A stretch of DNA of 12,760 bases from Desulfuromonadales bacterium (GCA_033549025.1 JAWSUS010000036.1:11096-23855); one strand, 5' to 3'. Counted from the stretch's first letter, positions 1-7,625 are shown. The notes: generated by a model from the letters alone, not told the origin. Translations and numbers: made by a program.

Positions 1-26
1 GAGGAGAGCGAAGCGAACGGGCGTGA
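1..26. repeat. Family A palindromic element, right arm only (cut by window edge)
   Basis: GAGAGCGAAGCGAACGGGCGTGA at 4-26 is identical to the right-arm ends at 143-165 and 280-302. Confidence 0.9.
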
Positions 27-44
27 TACGGTCTTAAAGGCAAC

Positions 45-165
45 TCTCGCCCGCTCCTTGCAGTCGCTAGGGACACAGAGATCGCAGAGAAACCAGAGTC
101 TATTTTTTAGGTTTTGATCACTCTGTGGCCTCTGTGCCTCAAGAGAGCGAAGCGAACGGGCGTGA
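45..165. repeat. Family A palindromic element, copy A1
   Basis: Left arm TCTCGCCCGCTCCTTGCAGTCGCTAGGGACACAGAGATCGCAGAG; right arm CTCTGTGGCCTCTGTGCCTCAAGAGAGCGAAGCGAACGGGCGTGA (imperfect reverse complement); AT-rich loop. Confidence 0.92.
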
Positions 166-183
166 TACGGTCTTAAAGGCAAC

Positions 184-302
184 TCTCGCCCGCTCCTTGC
201 AGTCGCTAGGGACACAGAGAACGCAGAGAAACTAGAGTCTTTTTTTGGTTTTGATCACTCTGTGACCTCTGCGTCTCGAGAGAGCGAAGCGAACGGGCGT
301 GA
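184..302. repeat. Family A palindromic element, copy A2 (tandem with A1)
   Basis: Near-identical to 45-165. Tandem period 139 then 137 bp (GAGAGCG at 4, 143, 280). Identical 18-bp linker TACGGTCTTAAAGGCAAC at 27-44 and 166-183. Confidence 0.92.
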
Positions 303-321
303 TATGGTTTGGGGAGGGTGA

Positions 322-708
322 ATGGAGCTCAATGGACTTACGGCTAAGATCATCAAGGCCGCCATCGCAGTGCATCAGGAACTGGGGCCAGGTCTTTTGG
401 AATCGGTTTACCAAGCTTGTCTAGCTATCGCCCTCCGGCAAGAAGGTCTTGATGTCAGAACAGAAGTTTCTCTTCCTGTAATCTTTCGTGATAGCGTTAT
501 CCACGAACATGGGTTCCGTCTTGATCTGCTTATAGAAGATCAAATTGTGTTAGAGCTTAAGTCGGTTGACAAGGTCCAGCCTGTGCACATCAAGCAGCTA
601 CTCACTTATCTCCGGCTTGCTAAAAAGCCACCTGGTTTGCTGATTAACTTTAATGAGTCATTGGTTAAGAATGGTATCACCCGTGTAGCCAATGGCGTTG
701 ATATTTAA
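322..708 (+). CDS. GxxExxY protein 1 (PD-(D/E)XK nuclease-fold, PDDEXK_3-type), 128 aa
   Basis: VHQELGPGLLESVY (GxxExxY), RLDLL..IVLELK catalytic-like motif, QLLTYL, GLLINF; typical family length; GGGAGG RBS upstream. Confidence 0.93.
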   Translation: MELNGLTAKIIKAAIAVHQELGPGLLESVYQACLAIALRQEGLDVRTEVSLPVIFRDSVIHEHGFRLDLLIEDQIVLELKSVDKVQPVHIKQLLTYLRLAKKPPGLLINFNESLVKNGITRVANGVDI

Positions 709-728
709 ATCTTAAGAAAACACTTGAA

Positions 729-832
729 GAGACGTAGAGAAGGCAACGAAATCAAACCTGACTTTTCCTTTGGTTCGGATTTGATTTCTCTGTGATCTCT
801 GCGTCTCTAGTGAGCGATGCGAACGGGCGAGA
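729..832. repeat. Family A palindromic element, copy A3 (outer left arm missing)
   Basis: GAGACGTAGAGA (729-740) pairs with TCTCTGCGTCTC; inner GAAATCAAA/TTTGATTTC stem; ends GAGCGATGCGAACGGGCGAGA like the other A copies. Confidence 0.85.
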
Positions 833-834
833 TA

Positions 835-1896
835 ATGGATTTGAATTCAAAGATTTTTGTTGCTGGGCACAAAGGCCTAGTTGGATCGGCGATTGTGCGG
901 CAGCTTCAGGGTGCCGGTTACACCAACCTGATCCTGCGCTCCCATGGGGAGTTGGATTTAACTGACCAGCAGGCCGTGGCGACTTTCTTTGCCAACGAGC
1001 GGCCGGAGTATGTCTTTCTGGCGGCGGCGAAGGTGGGGGGGATTGTGGCCAACAACACCTACCGGGCCGACTTTATCTATGAGAATCTCACGATTCAGAA
1101 CAACGTCATTCATCAGAGTTATGTGCAGGGGGTGAAAAAACTGCTGTTTCTGGGCAGCACCTGTATCTATCCGCGGGAATGCCCACAGCCGATGCGGGAA
1201 GAGTACCTGCTGACGAGTCCCCTGGAATATACCAACGAACCCTACGCTGTGGCCAAGATCGCTGGCATGAAGCTGTGCGAGAGCTATAATCTGCAGTATG
1301 GCACCAACTTTATCAGTGTGATGCCGACCAACCTCTATGGCCCCGGTGACAATTTCGACCTGGAAAAGTCCCATGTGCTGCCGGCGCTAGTGCGCAAGAT
1401 GCATTTGGCTCGATTGCTAGAAGCTGGTGACAGGGGCGCCGTGCTGGCCGATCTGGGCGTGGATGACGAGGTTGCTGCCCAGGCGATTCTGGGGCGCTTC
1501 GGCGTGAGCGGCGAGCAGGTGGAGATCTGGGGGAGCGGGCGGCCGCGCCGGGAATTTCTCTGGAGTGAAGATATGGCATCCGCCTGTGTGTATCTCATGG
1601 AGAATCGTGACTTCAAGGATACCTATGAGGCCGGGGCGAAAGAGATTCGTAACACCCACATCAATATCGGCACGGGCACGGACATCAGTATTGCCGAATT
1701 GGCTGAACTGGTGCGGCAGGTGGTTGGCTTCGGCGGCAGGCTGGCTTTTGACTCGACTAAGCCGGACGGCACCCTCCGCAAACTGACGGATGTGTGCAAG
1801 CTGCATGCGCTGGGTTGGAAGCATCAGGTGGAGCTGAAGGAAGGTGTGCGGCGGCTGTACGAATGGTATCTCAGCCATGCCGAGGCACGGCGCTGA
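835..1896 (+). CDS. fcl: GDP-L-fucose synthase (long variant)
   Basis: [23 protein letters not shown]-binding start, [21 protein letters not shown] catalytic Yxxx[23 protein letters not shown]. Start set at 835 because the ATG at 817 lies inside repeat A3. Confidence 0.95.
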   Translation: MDLNSKIFVAGHKGLVGSAIVRQLQGAGYTNLILRSHGELDLTDQQAVATFFANERPEYVFLAAAKVGGIVANNTYRADFIYENLTIQNNVIHQSYVQGVKKLLFLGSTCIYPRECPQPMREEYLLTSPLEYTNEPYAVAKIAGMKLCESYNLQYGTNFISVMPTNLYGPGDNFDLEKSHVLPALVRKMHLARLLEAGDRGAVLADLGVDDEVAAQAILGRFGVSGEQVEIWGSGRPRREFLWSEDMASACVYLMENRDFKDTYEAGAKEIRNTHINIGTGTDISIAELAELVRQVVGFGGRLAFDSTKPDGTLRKLTDVCKLHALGWKHQVELKEGVRRLYEWYLSHAEARR

Positions 1897-1911
1897 TTTT
1901 TAAAAAACATT

Positions 1912-2029
1912 TCACGCCCGCTCCTTGCAATCGCTAGAGCCACAGAGAACGCAGAGAAACCAAAATTCTTTTCGGTTATGAATTCTCTGTGATCTCTGTG
2001 TCTCGAGTGAGCGAAACGAACGGGCGCGA
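1912..2029. repeat. Family A palindromic element, copy A4 (solo, between fcl and manC)
   Basis: TCACGCCCGCTCCTTGCAATCGCTAGAGCCACAGAGAACGCAGAG ... CTCTGTGATCTCTGTGTCTCGAGTGAGCGAAACGAACGGGCGCGA; flanking ACAT/ATGT extends pairing to about 1907-2034. Confidence 0.92.
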
Positions 2030-2058
2030 GATGTCTTGGATTTAATAGGAGTGCTCAA

Positions 2059-3606
2059 ATGATCGTCCCTGTCATTCTCTCCGGCGGTGCCGGTACCCGC
2101 CTGTGGCCCTTGTCCCGTGAACTCTATCCCAAGCAGCTGCTACCCCTGGTCTCGGCGCGCACCATGCTGCAGGAGACGGTCGAGCGCTTAAATGGCCTGC
2201 CAGAACTCAGTCCGGCCATGGTGATCTGTAACGAGAACCACCGCTTCATGGTGGCCGAGCAGATGCGTCAGTCGAGTGTGCCGACGGGTGCCATCGTGCT
2301 GGAGCCGGTGGGGCGCAACACAGCGCCGGCCATCGCGGCAGCGGCTCTGCTGGCCCAAGCCAAAGGCGACGATCCGGTACTGCTGGTGCTGCCGGCCGAT
2401 CACGTAATTGCCGAGGCGGCGGTGTTGCGCCAGGCTATCAAGGCGGGTGCCGCGCTGGCTGAGCAGGGTAGGATGGTGACCTTCGGCATTGTGCCGGACA
2501 AGGCGGAGACGGGGTATGGCTACATTCGAGCGGGTGAACCGCTCGAATGTAGCCGTCCTTTGTCCTTTGTCACTTGTCCTTTGTCTAAAACCAATGACCC
2601 AAAACCAATGACGAATGACGCCGCGCAGCGGCTGACCAATGACCCGGAAGCGCTAGCTGCCGTTGCGCAGCGGCTGACCAATGACACCACTGCCTTTGCA
2701 GTGGCCGCTTTCGTCGAAAAACCCGATCTGGCCACTGCCGAAGAATACCTTGCCTCGGGCGACTACTACTGGAACAGCGGCATGTTCCTGTTCAAGGCCT
2801 CGCGCTATTTGGAAGAGCTGGAAAAATTCGCGCCCAGCATGCTGGCAGCCTGCCGGTTGGCTGTGGAGCAGGGGCAGAAGGATCTCGATTTTCTGCGCCT
2901 GGATGCCGAGGCGTTTGCTGCCTGTCCGGCGGACTCCATCGACTATGCCGTGATGGAGAAGACGGACGCGGCGGCGGTGATTCCCCTGGACGCCGGCTGG
3001 AATGATGTCGGGTCGTGGTCGGCCCTGTGGGAGGTCGGCGCACACGACCCAGCGGGGAATATCCTCAAAGGGGATGTGCTGGCCGAGGACGTGAAAAATT
3101 CCTATATCCATGCCTCGCAGCGCCTGGTCGCCGCCGTCGGTGTGGAAGACCATGTCATTGTCGAGACGGCCGATGCCGTGCTGGTCGCCCCCAAGGATCG
3201 CGTGCAGGATGTCAAGCACATCGTGGAACGACTGAAGGCGCAGAATCGCGCCGAGGCCCTGCTGCATCGGCGGGTGAACCGCCCCTGGGGAGCCTACGAG
3301 TGCATTGATCAGGCGGAGCGCTATCAGGTCAAGCACATAACCGTCCACCCCGGCGCCACCCTCTCACTGCAGATGCACCACCACCGCGCCGAGCACTGGA
3401 TCGTTGTGCGCGGGACCGCCAAAGTCACCAAGGGGGAAGAGGTCATCCTGCTGTCGGAAAACCAGTCGACCTACATCCCCCTGGGCGTCACCCACCGCCT
3501 CGAAAACGTCGGCAAAATCCCTCTGGAAATGATCGAAGTGCAGTCGGGCAGTTATCTGGGGGAGGATGATATTGTGCGGTTTGATGACGAGTATGGGCGG
3601 GGGTAA
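2059..3606 (+). CDS. manC: Mannose-1-phosphate guanylyltransferase / mannose-6-phosphate isomerase with an in-frame repeat insertion
   Basis: [55 protein letters not shown]-terminal cupin ([27 protein letters not shown]); AGGAG RBS. Confidence 0.96.
   Translation: MIVPVILSGGAGTRLWPLSRELYPKQLLPLVSARTMLQETVERLNGLPELSPAMVICNENHRFMVAEQMRQSSVPTGAIVLEPVGRNTAPAIAAAALLAQAKGDDPVLLVLPADHVIAEAAVLRQAIKAGAALAEQGRMVTFGIVPDKAETGYGYIRAGEPLECSRPLSFVTCPLSKTNDPKPMTNDAAQRLTNDPEALAAVAQRLTNDTTAFAVAAFVEKPDLATAEEYLASGDYYWNSGMFLFKASRYLEELEKFAPSMLAACRLAVEQGQKDLDFLRLDAEAFAACPADSIDYAVMEKTDAAAVIPLDAGWNDVGSWSALWEVGAHDPAGNILKGDVLAEDVKNSYIHASQRLVAAVGVEDHVIVETADAVLVAPKDRVQDVKHIVERLKAQNRAEALLHRRVNRPWGAYECIDQAERYQVKHITVHPGATLSLQMHHHRAEHWIVVRGTAKVTKGEEVILLSENQSTYIPLGVTHRLENVGKIPLEMIEVQSGSYLGEDDIVRFDDEYGRG
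2518..2554. repeat. Perfect 16-bp inverted repeat inside manC
   Basis: GGCTACATTCGAGCGG (2518-2533), loop GTGAA, CCGCTCGAATGTAGCC (2539-2554). Confidence 0.95.
2555..2685. repeat. Heptamer-repeat element inserted in frame in manC
   Basis: GTCCTTT GTCCTTT GTCACTT GTCCTTT (2555-2582), then oppositely oriented CAATGAC CCAAAAC CAATGAC GAATGAC (2592-2619); 21-bp direct repeat GCGCAGCGGCTGACCAATGAC at 2623-2643 and 2665-2685. Confidence 0.88.
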
Positions 3607-3610
3607 GCGG

Positions 3611-3780
3611 TTAACCGCGGAGTACGCTGAGGGCGCGGAGAACTGCTTTTTTAGGGTAAAGGCAATAATCCTTGGCTTTCCCCCCCCGATCTCCACGATT
3701 GGCTTTGGAGTCCTGAACTCAAAGATTTTGTAAATAGGCCTGGAGATTTTCTCCGATCACTCCGCGATCTCCGCGGTAAA
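3611..3780. repeat. Family B palindromic element, copy B1
   Basis: 32-bp terminal inverted repeats, 3611-3642 TTAACCGCGGAGTACGCTGAGGGCGCGGAGAA and 3749-3780 TTCTCCGATCACTCCGCGATCTCCGCGGTAAA (25/32 complementary by hand count). Confidence 0.93.
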
Positions 3781-3789
3781 TAGGTCTTT

Positions 3790-4191
3790 ATGAATAATGA
3801 GATGAAATTTTCTGATGCTTTGAGCCCTATAACCGAGGTTGTTATCGGCTCGGCCATAAGGGTGCATCGGGAACTGGGGCCTGGCTTGCTTGAATCCGCC
3901 TACGAAGCCTGCCTGGCCTATGAGTTGACCGAAGCCGGCTTTCTGGTTGAACGTCAAAAGCCTCTGCCTGTGACGTACAAGGGAGTACAGCTTGACTGTG
4001 GTTACCGGCTTGATCTTGTCGTTGAGAACCGAATCATTCTCGAATTGAAAGCTGTCGATAAGCTGAGTCCGCTTCACGAAGCACAACTCCTTTCGTACCT
4101 TAAACTCTCCGGAATCAGTCTGGGCTATCTCATGAATTTTCACACCGACCTGATGAAGAATGGCATTCGGAGGATCGTAAATAATTATTAA
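3790..4191 (+). CDS. GxxExxY protein 2 (PD-(D/E)XK nuclease-fold), 133 aa (alternative start 3802)
   Basis: VHRELGPGLLESAY, GYRLDLVVENRIILELK, HEAQLLSYLKL, GYLMNF, KNGIRRI. Confidence 0.93.
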   Translation: MNNEMKFSDALSPITEVVIGSAIRVHRELGPGLLESAYEACLAYELTEAGFLVERQKPLPVTYKGVQLDCGYRLDLVVENRIILELKAVDKLSPLHEAQLLSYLKLSGISLGYLMNFHTDLMKNGIRRIVNNY

Positions 4192-4366
4192 CCGCGGAGT
4201 ACGCGGAGTGCGCTGAAGGCGCGGAGAACTGCTTTTTTTAGGGTAAAGGCAATAAACCCTTGGCTTTCTTCACGATCTCTACGATTGGCTTTGGAGTTCT
4301 GAACTCAAAAATTTTGTAAATAGATCTGGAGATTTTCTCCGCTCACTCCGTGACCTCCGCGGTAAA
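4188..4366. repeat. Family B palindromic element, copy B2 (direct repeat of B1)
   Basis: Aligns with 3611-3780 over its full length, roughly 90% identical by eye, with one extra 9-bp unit in the left arm; its TTAA start contains the TAA stop of GxxExxY protein 2. Confidence 0.93.
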
Positions 4367-4378
4367 GAGGAACTTAAA

Positions 4379-5722
4379 ATGAAGTGCTTCAAAGCCTACG
4401 ATATCCGTGGCCGGCTCCCCGATGAGTTGAATGACGACATCGCCTACCGCATCGGCCGGGCCTATGCCGAATTTCTTCGCCCGGGGCAGGTGGTGGTCGG
4501 TCGGGATGTGCGCTTGTCAAGTGAGGCCCTTTGTGAGGCTCTGAGCCGGGGGCTGACCGATGGGGGAGCGGATGTGTATGACATCGGGTTGTGCGGGACG
4601 GAGGAGATTTATCACGCCACCTTCGCCGCCGGTATGGATGGCGGCATTATGGTGACGGCGAGCCACAATCCTCTGGACTACAACGGCATGAAACTGGTGC
4701 GCGAGGGCAGTCGGCCGATCAGTGGCGATTCCGGGTTGCTGGAGATCCGGCGTTTGGCCGAGGAAGGGCGCTTTTCTGAGGCGGACAAGGGACAGGTGCA
4801 CCCGCTGGATATGAAGGCACAATACATTCGCCATTTGCTGGGCTATGTCGATGTATCCTCCCTCCAGCCCTTGAAAATCGTGGTCAACGCCGGCAACGGC
4901 TGTGCCGGGCCCGTCATGGATTTGCTCGAGAAGGAACTTCCTTTTGAGCTGATTAAAGTCCATCACCAGCCTGATGGCCATTTCCCTAACGGCATTCCTA
5001 ATCCGCTGTTGCCGGAGAACCGGGCCGCCACCTCGGAGGCCGTGCTTGAGCACGGTGCTGCTGTAGGTATTGCCTGGGACGGCGATTTCGATCGCTGCTT
5101 TTTCTTTGACGAGAATGGCCGTTTCATCGAGGGCTATTACATTGTCGGCTTGCTGGCCGAAGCGCTTCTTGTACGCCATCCCGGCGCGAAGATCATCCAC
5201 GATCCGCGCCTGACCTGGAACACCATCGACATGGTGAAGAGGGCAGGGGGGATACCAGTGCTGAGCAAGACCGGCCATGCGTTTATCAAGGAACGCATGC
5301 GGGCCGAGGATGCCATATACGGCGGCGAGATGAGCGCCCACCACTATTTTCGCGATTTCGCCTATTGCGACAGCGGCATGATCCCCTGGCTGCTGGTGCT
5401 TGAGCTGATGAGCCGATCCGGCCAGCCCCTGTCCGCCTTGGTGGATGAGCGCATGGGCCTTTACCCGGCCAGTGGCGAAATCAACCGGCGACTGGCTGAC
5501 CCGGCGGCGGTGCTGGCCCGGATCGAAGCCCGTTACCGGGCAGAGGCCTTGGCGGTGGACCATACCGACGGCCTCTCCCTGGAGTTTGCCGACTGGCGCT
5601 TCAATCTTCGCAGCTCCAACACCGAGCCGGTGGTGCGCCTGAATGTTGAATCCCGTGGGGATGAAAGATTGATGCAGGAGAAAACCCGGGAAATTCTCCT
5701 GGAAATGGACCGTGAAAATTAA
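4379..5722 (+). CDS. manB: Phosphomannomutase (CpsG/ManB type)
   Basis: [15 protein letters not shown] phosphoserine loop, AWDGDFDR metal-binding loop, GEMSAH, RSSNTEP; GAGG RBS right after repeat B2. Confidence 0.96.
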   Translation: MKCFKAYDIRGRLPDELNDDIAYRIGRAYAEFLRPGQVVVGRDVRLSSEALCEALSRGLTDGGADVYDIGLCGTEEIYHATFAAGMDGGIMVTASHNPLDYNGMKLVREGSRPISGDSGLLEIRRLAEEGRFSEADKGQVHPLDMKAQYIRHLLGYVDVSSLQPLKIVVNAGNGCAGPVMDLLEKELPFELIKVHHQPDGHFPNGIPNPLLPENRAATSEAVLEHGAAVGIAWDGDFDRCFFFDENGRFIEGYYIVGLLAEALLVRHPGAKIIHDPRLTWNTIDMVKRAGGIPVLSKTGHAFIKERMRAEDAIYGGEMSAHHYFRDFAYCDSGMIPWLLVLELMSRSGQPLSALVDERMGLYPASGEINRRLADPAAVLARIEARYRAEALAVDHTDGLSLEFADWRFNLRSSNTEPVVRLNVESRGDERLMQEKTREILLEMDREN

Positions 5723-5736
5723 GCGAAAATAATGTC

Positions 5737-5765
5737 AAACTCAGGGATTTCCTGATGTTTTTTTT
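5737..5765 (+). terminator. Possible intrinsic terminator after manB
   Basis: AAAC-TCAGG-GATTT-CCTGA-T-GTTT short stem followed by a T8 run (5758-5765). The stem is weak. Confidence 0.45.
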
Positions 5766-5851
5766 CTGATCGATTCACTATATTCCCCACGCAGGTCCAA
5801 CCGAAGACGTCCTGTATACAGAGCCGTAACCCGTTCTTCCTCGATTAAGTC

Positions 5852-7522
5852 ATGGAAACTATTCTGATTACCTGTTTTTACGTGGGCATCACCGCCATGT
5901 TCGCTTCTCTGATCATGGTCCCTGTTTTGCGACGCTGGGCCCTGGAAAAAGGTCAGGTGGATGAGCCGGACCAGCGGAAGGTGCACACGGTGGCCATTCC
6001 CCGCATCGGCGGCATTGCCATCTTCATGTCGTTTCTCTTCTCCCACCTTGTATATGTGGATATCGACCCGCAGGTCAGGGGTGTGCTCGCCGGGGGCGTC
6101 GTCATTTTTTTCACCGGCCTGATCGACGATTTGCACGGCCTGACGCCCCGTCGCAAGTTTTTCGGCGAAATCGCCGGGGTGGCCATTGCCATTGCCATAA
6201 GCGATCTCTATATCCACCAGCTCGGCGATCTCTTCGGCTTCGGCAACATCGTCCTGCCAGCCTGGGTGGGCATTCCTTTTACGGTTTTTGCCCTCGTCGG
6301 CGTGATCAATGCCATCAATCTGATCGATGGGCTCGATGGACTGGCCGGCGGGATTTCCGCTATTGCCTTGGTCGTGTTCAGTGTCCTGGCCTACCGTGAC
6401 GGCAATGTGTCAGCCCTGCTTATCTGCTCAAGCATGCTTGGGGCTCTGCTCGGTTTTCTTAAATTCAACTTTTACCCGGCCCGTATTTTCATGGGCGATG
6501 CCGGCAGTTTGACGCTGGGATTCGTGCTGGCCTTCATGGCCGTTTTTATCACGCAGGGCGAATCTTCCACGACCTCTCCTGTCGTTCCAGCCCTCGTGCT
6601 GGGGCTGCCTATCCTTGACACCTTATGGGTGATGGGGCGGCGCCTGCTCCTGCGGCAGAGTCCCTTCTCGCCGGACAAAACCCACCTGCACCACAAATTC
6701 CTCAGCCTGGGACTCGACCACCGTTTTACGGTGCTGCTTATTTACGGCATCAGCCTCTTCTGGGCAACCGTAGCCATGATTTTCTCCCATGGCCACGCTG
6801 GTCTGCTGCTGGCCTGCTATCTGCTGACCACCTTGGTGCGCTACGGCATCCTCCGCTATATCCTGAGACACCCCGACCGCTTTGCTTTCCTGAAGAGAGA
6901 TTCCTCCGTCAGTTGGCGGAAATCACAAATTTTTCTGAGGATCGCCACGGTGGTAGACGGTCTGATGCCGGTCATGCTGATCACTCTGGTGTCATACCTG
7001 GGTATGGTGGCGGTCTGGGGAGGGGGAGGGGCGGCCCATTTGTGGCAGATCACCGGAATCCTGTTTCTGGGGATGTCCATTCTTCTCTACGTCACCGGGG
7101 ACTCGAACAACTATTTTTTTCTGGCTTCGCTCTATATCGTTGGTCTGGTCACCATTTTTGTGGCGGATTCCAGTGCGGACCAGGTCGTTCTTTGGGGCAT
7201 GCAGGTGGGCGAAATCACCTGGGTGGCCTTTATCCTGCTGGGCTGCATGGTCTTCATGAAGGTCATTTTCCGCTTTGAAGGGGAATTCTTCATCTCAACG
7301 CCCGACATGCTTATCCTCGGGATTAGCATATTCTTTGGCTTTTACAGCTTTCACTACAGCCAGCATGCCCTGGTTTCACCCGTTTTTTTAAAGGGCACCA
7401 TTTTTCTACTCGCCATTAAGGCCATCGGCTTCAAAAAAAAGCGGCGGAACCGTATCGCCGTCTACAGTTGCCTGGCGGTTCTTCTCGTTATCACCCTTAA
7501 GGGCTGGCTGGTGCCTCTGTAA
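5852..7522 (+). CDS. Undecaprenyl-phosphate N-acetylhexosamine-1-phosphate transferase (WecA/TagO/MraY family) with extra C-terminal membrane region
   Basis: DEPDQRKVH..IPRIGG, GLIDD, NAINLIDGLDGLAGG, FNFYPARIFMGDAGS, PDKTHLHH; about 200 additional hydrophobic residues at the C-terminus. Confidence 0.88.
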   Translation: METILITCFYVGITAMFASLIMVPVLRRWALEKGQVDEPDQRKVHTVAIPRIGGIAIFMSFLFSHLVYVDIDPQVRGVLAGGVVIFFTGLIDDLHGLTPRRKFFGEIAGVAIAIAISDLYIHQLGDLFGFGNIVLPAWVGIPFTVFALVGVINAINLIDGLDGLAGGISAIALVVFSVLAYRDGNVSALLICSSMLGALLGFLKFNFYPARIFMGDAGSLTLGFVLAFMAVFITQGESSTTSPVVPALVLGLPILDTLWVMGRRLLLRQSPFSPDKTHLHHKFLSLGLDHRFTVLLIYGISLFWATVAMIFSHGHAGLLLACYLLTTLVRYGILRYILRHPDRFAFLKRDSSVSWRKSQIFLRIATVVDGLMPVMLITLVSYLGMVAVWGGGGAAHLWQITGILFLGMSILLYVTGDSNNYFFLASLYIVGLVTIFVADSSADQVVLWGMQVGEITWVAFILLGCMVFMKVIFRFEGEFFISTPDMLILGISIFFGFYSFHYSQHALVSPVFLKGTIFLLAIKAIGFKKKRRNRIAVYSCLAVLLVITLKGWLVPL

Positions 7523-7625
7523 GTCCGGCCCTTTTTGTCCCTCCCTCCTTATTTTGCCCTCCTGCCCATTTTTCTCCCGAATGGGTATCTTCCGCCATGA
7601 ATCCCCGAGACATTTGGCCAAGCCG

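Noticed and set aside
1..302. CRISPR array
   Set aside because: Units are 137-139 bp with no unique spacers (linkers identical, loops near-identical), and no cas genes are in the window.
674..684. GTATCACCCGT in GxxExxY gene 1 resembling the reverse complement of the A right end
   Set aside because: Short gapped match within the conserved KNGIxR codons; likely coincidence.
45..2029. Family A elements as intrinsic terminators or strand-specific ncRNA
   Set aside because: No U-tract after the stems, they lie inside an apparent operon, and the mismatches include both G-T and A-C types on the + strand, so no strand preference is supported.
2545..2690. Intein or intron in manC
   Set aside because: About 44 aa is too short, there is no C-terminal His-Asn followed by Cys/Ser/Thr, no group I/II intron features, and the sequence is explained by short repeats.
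3757..4143. 128-aa minus-strand ORF (also 232-414 and 3651-3857)
   Set aside because: Antisense to GxxExxY genes and running into the repeats; no independent coding evidence.
3611..4366. Integron attC cassettes (stop codon overlapping TAAC at the start of a palindrome)
   Set aside because: Right ends read GGTAAA, not GTTRRRY; left ends do not fit RYYYAAC; the elements are longer than typical attC; no integrase is visible.
3611..4366. Classical IS or composite transposon
   Set aside because: No DDE, HUH, serine or tyrosine recombinase ORF and no clear target-site duplication.
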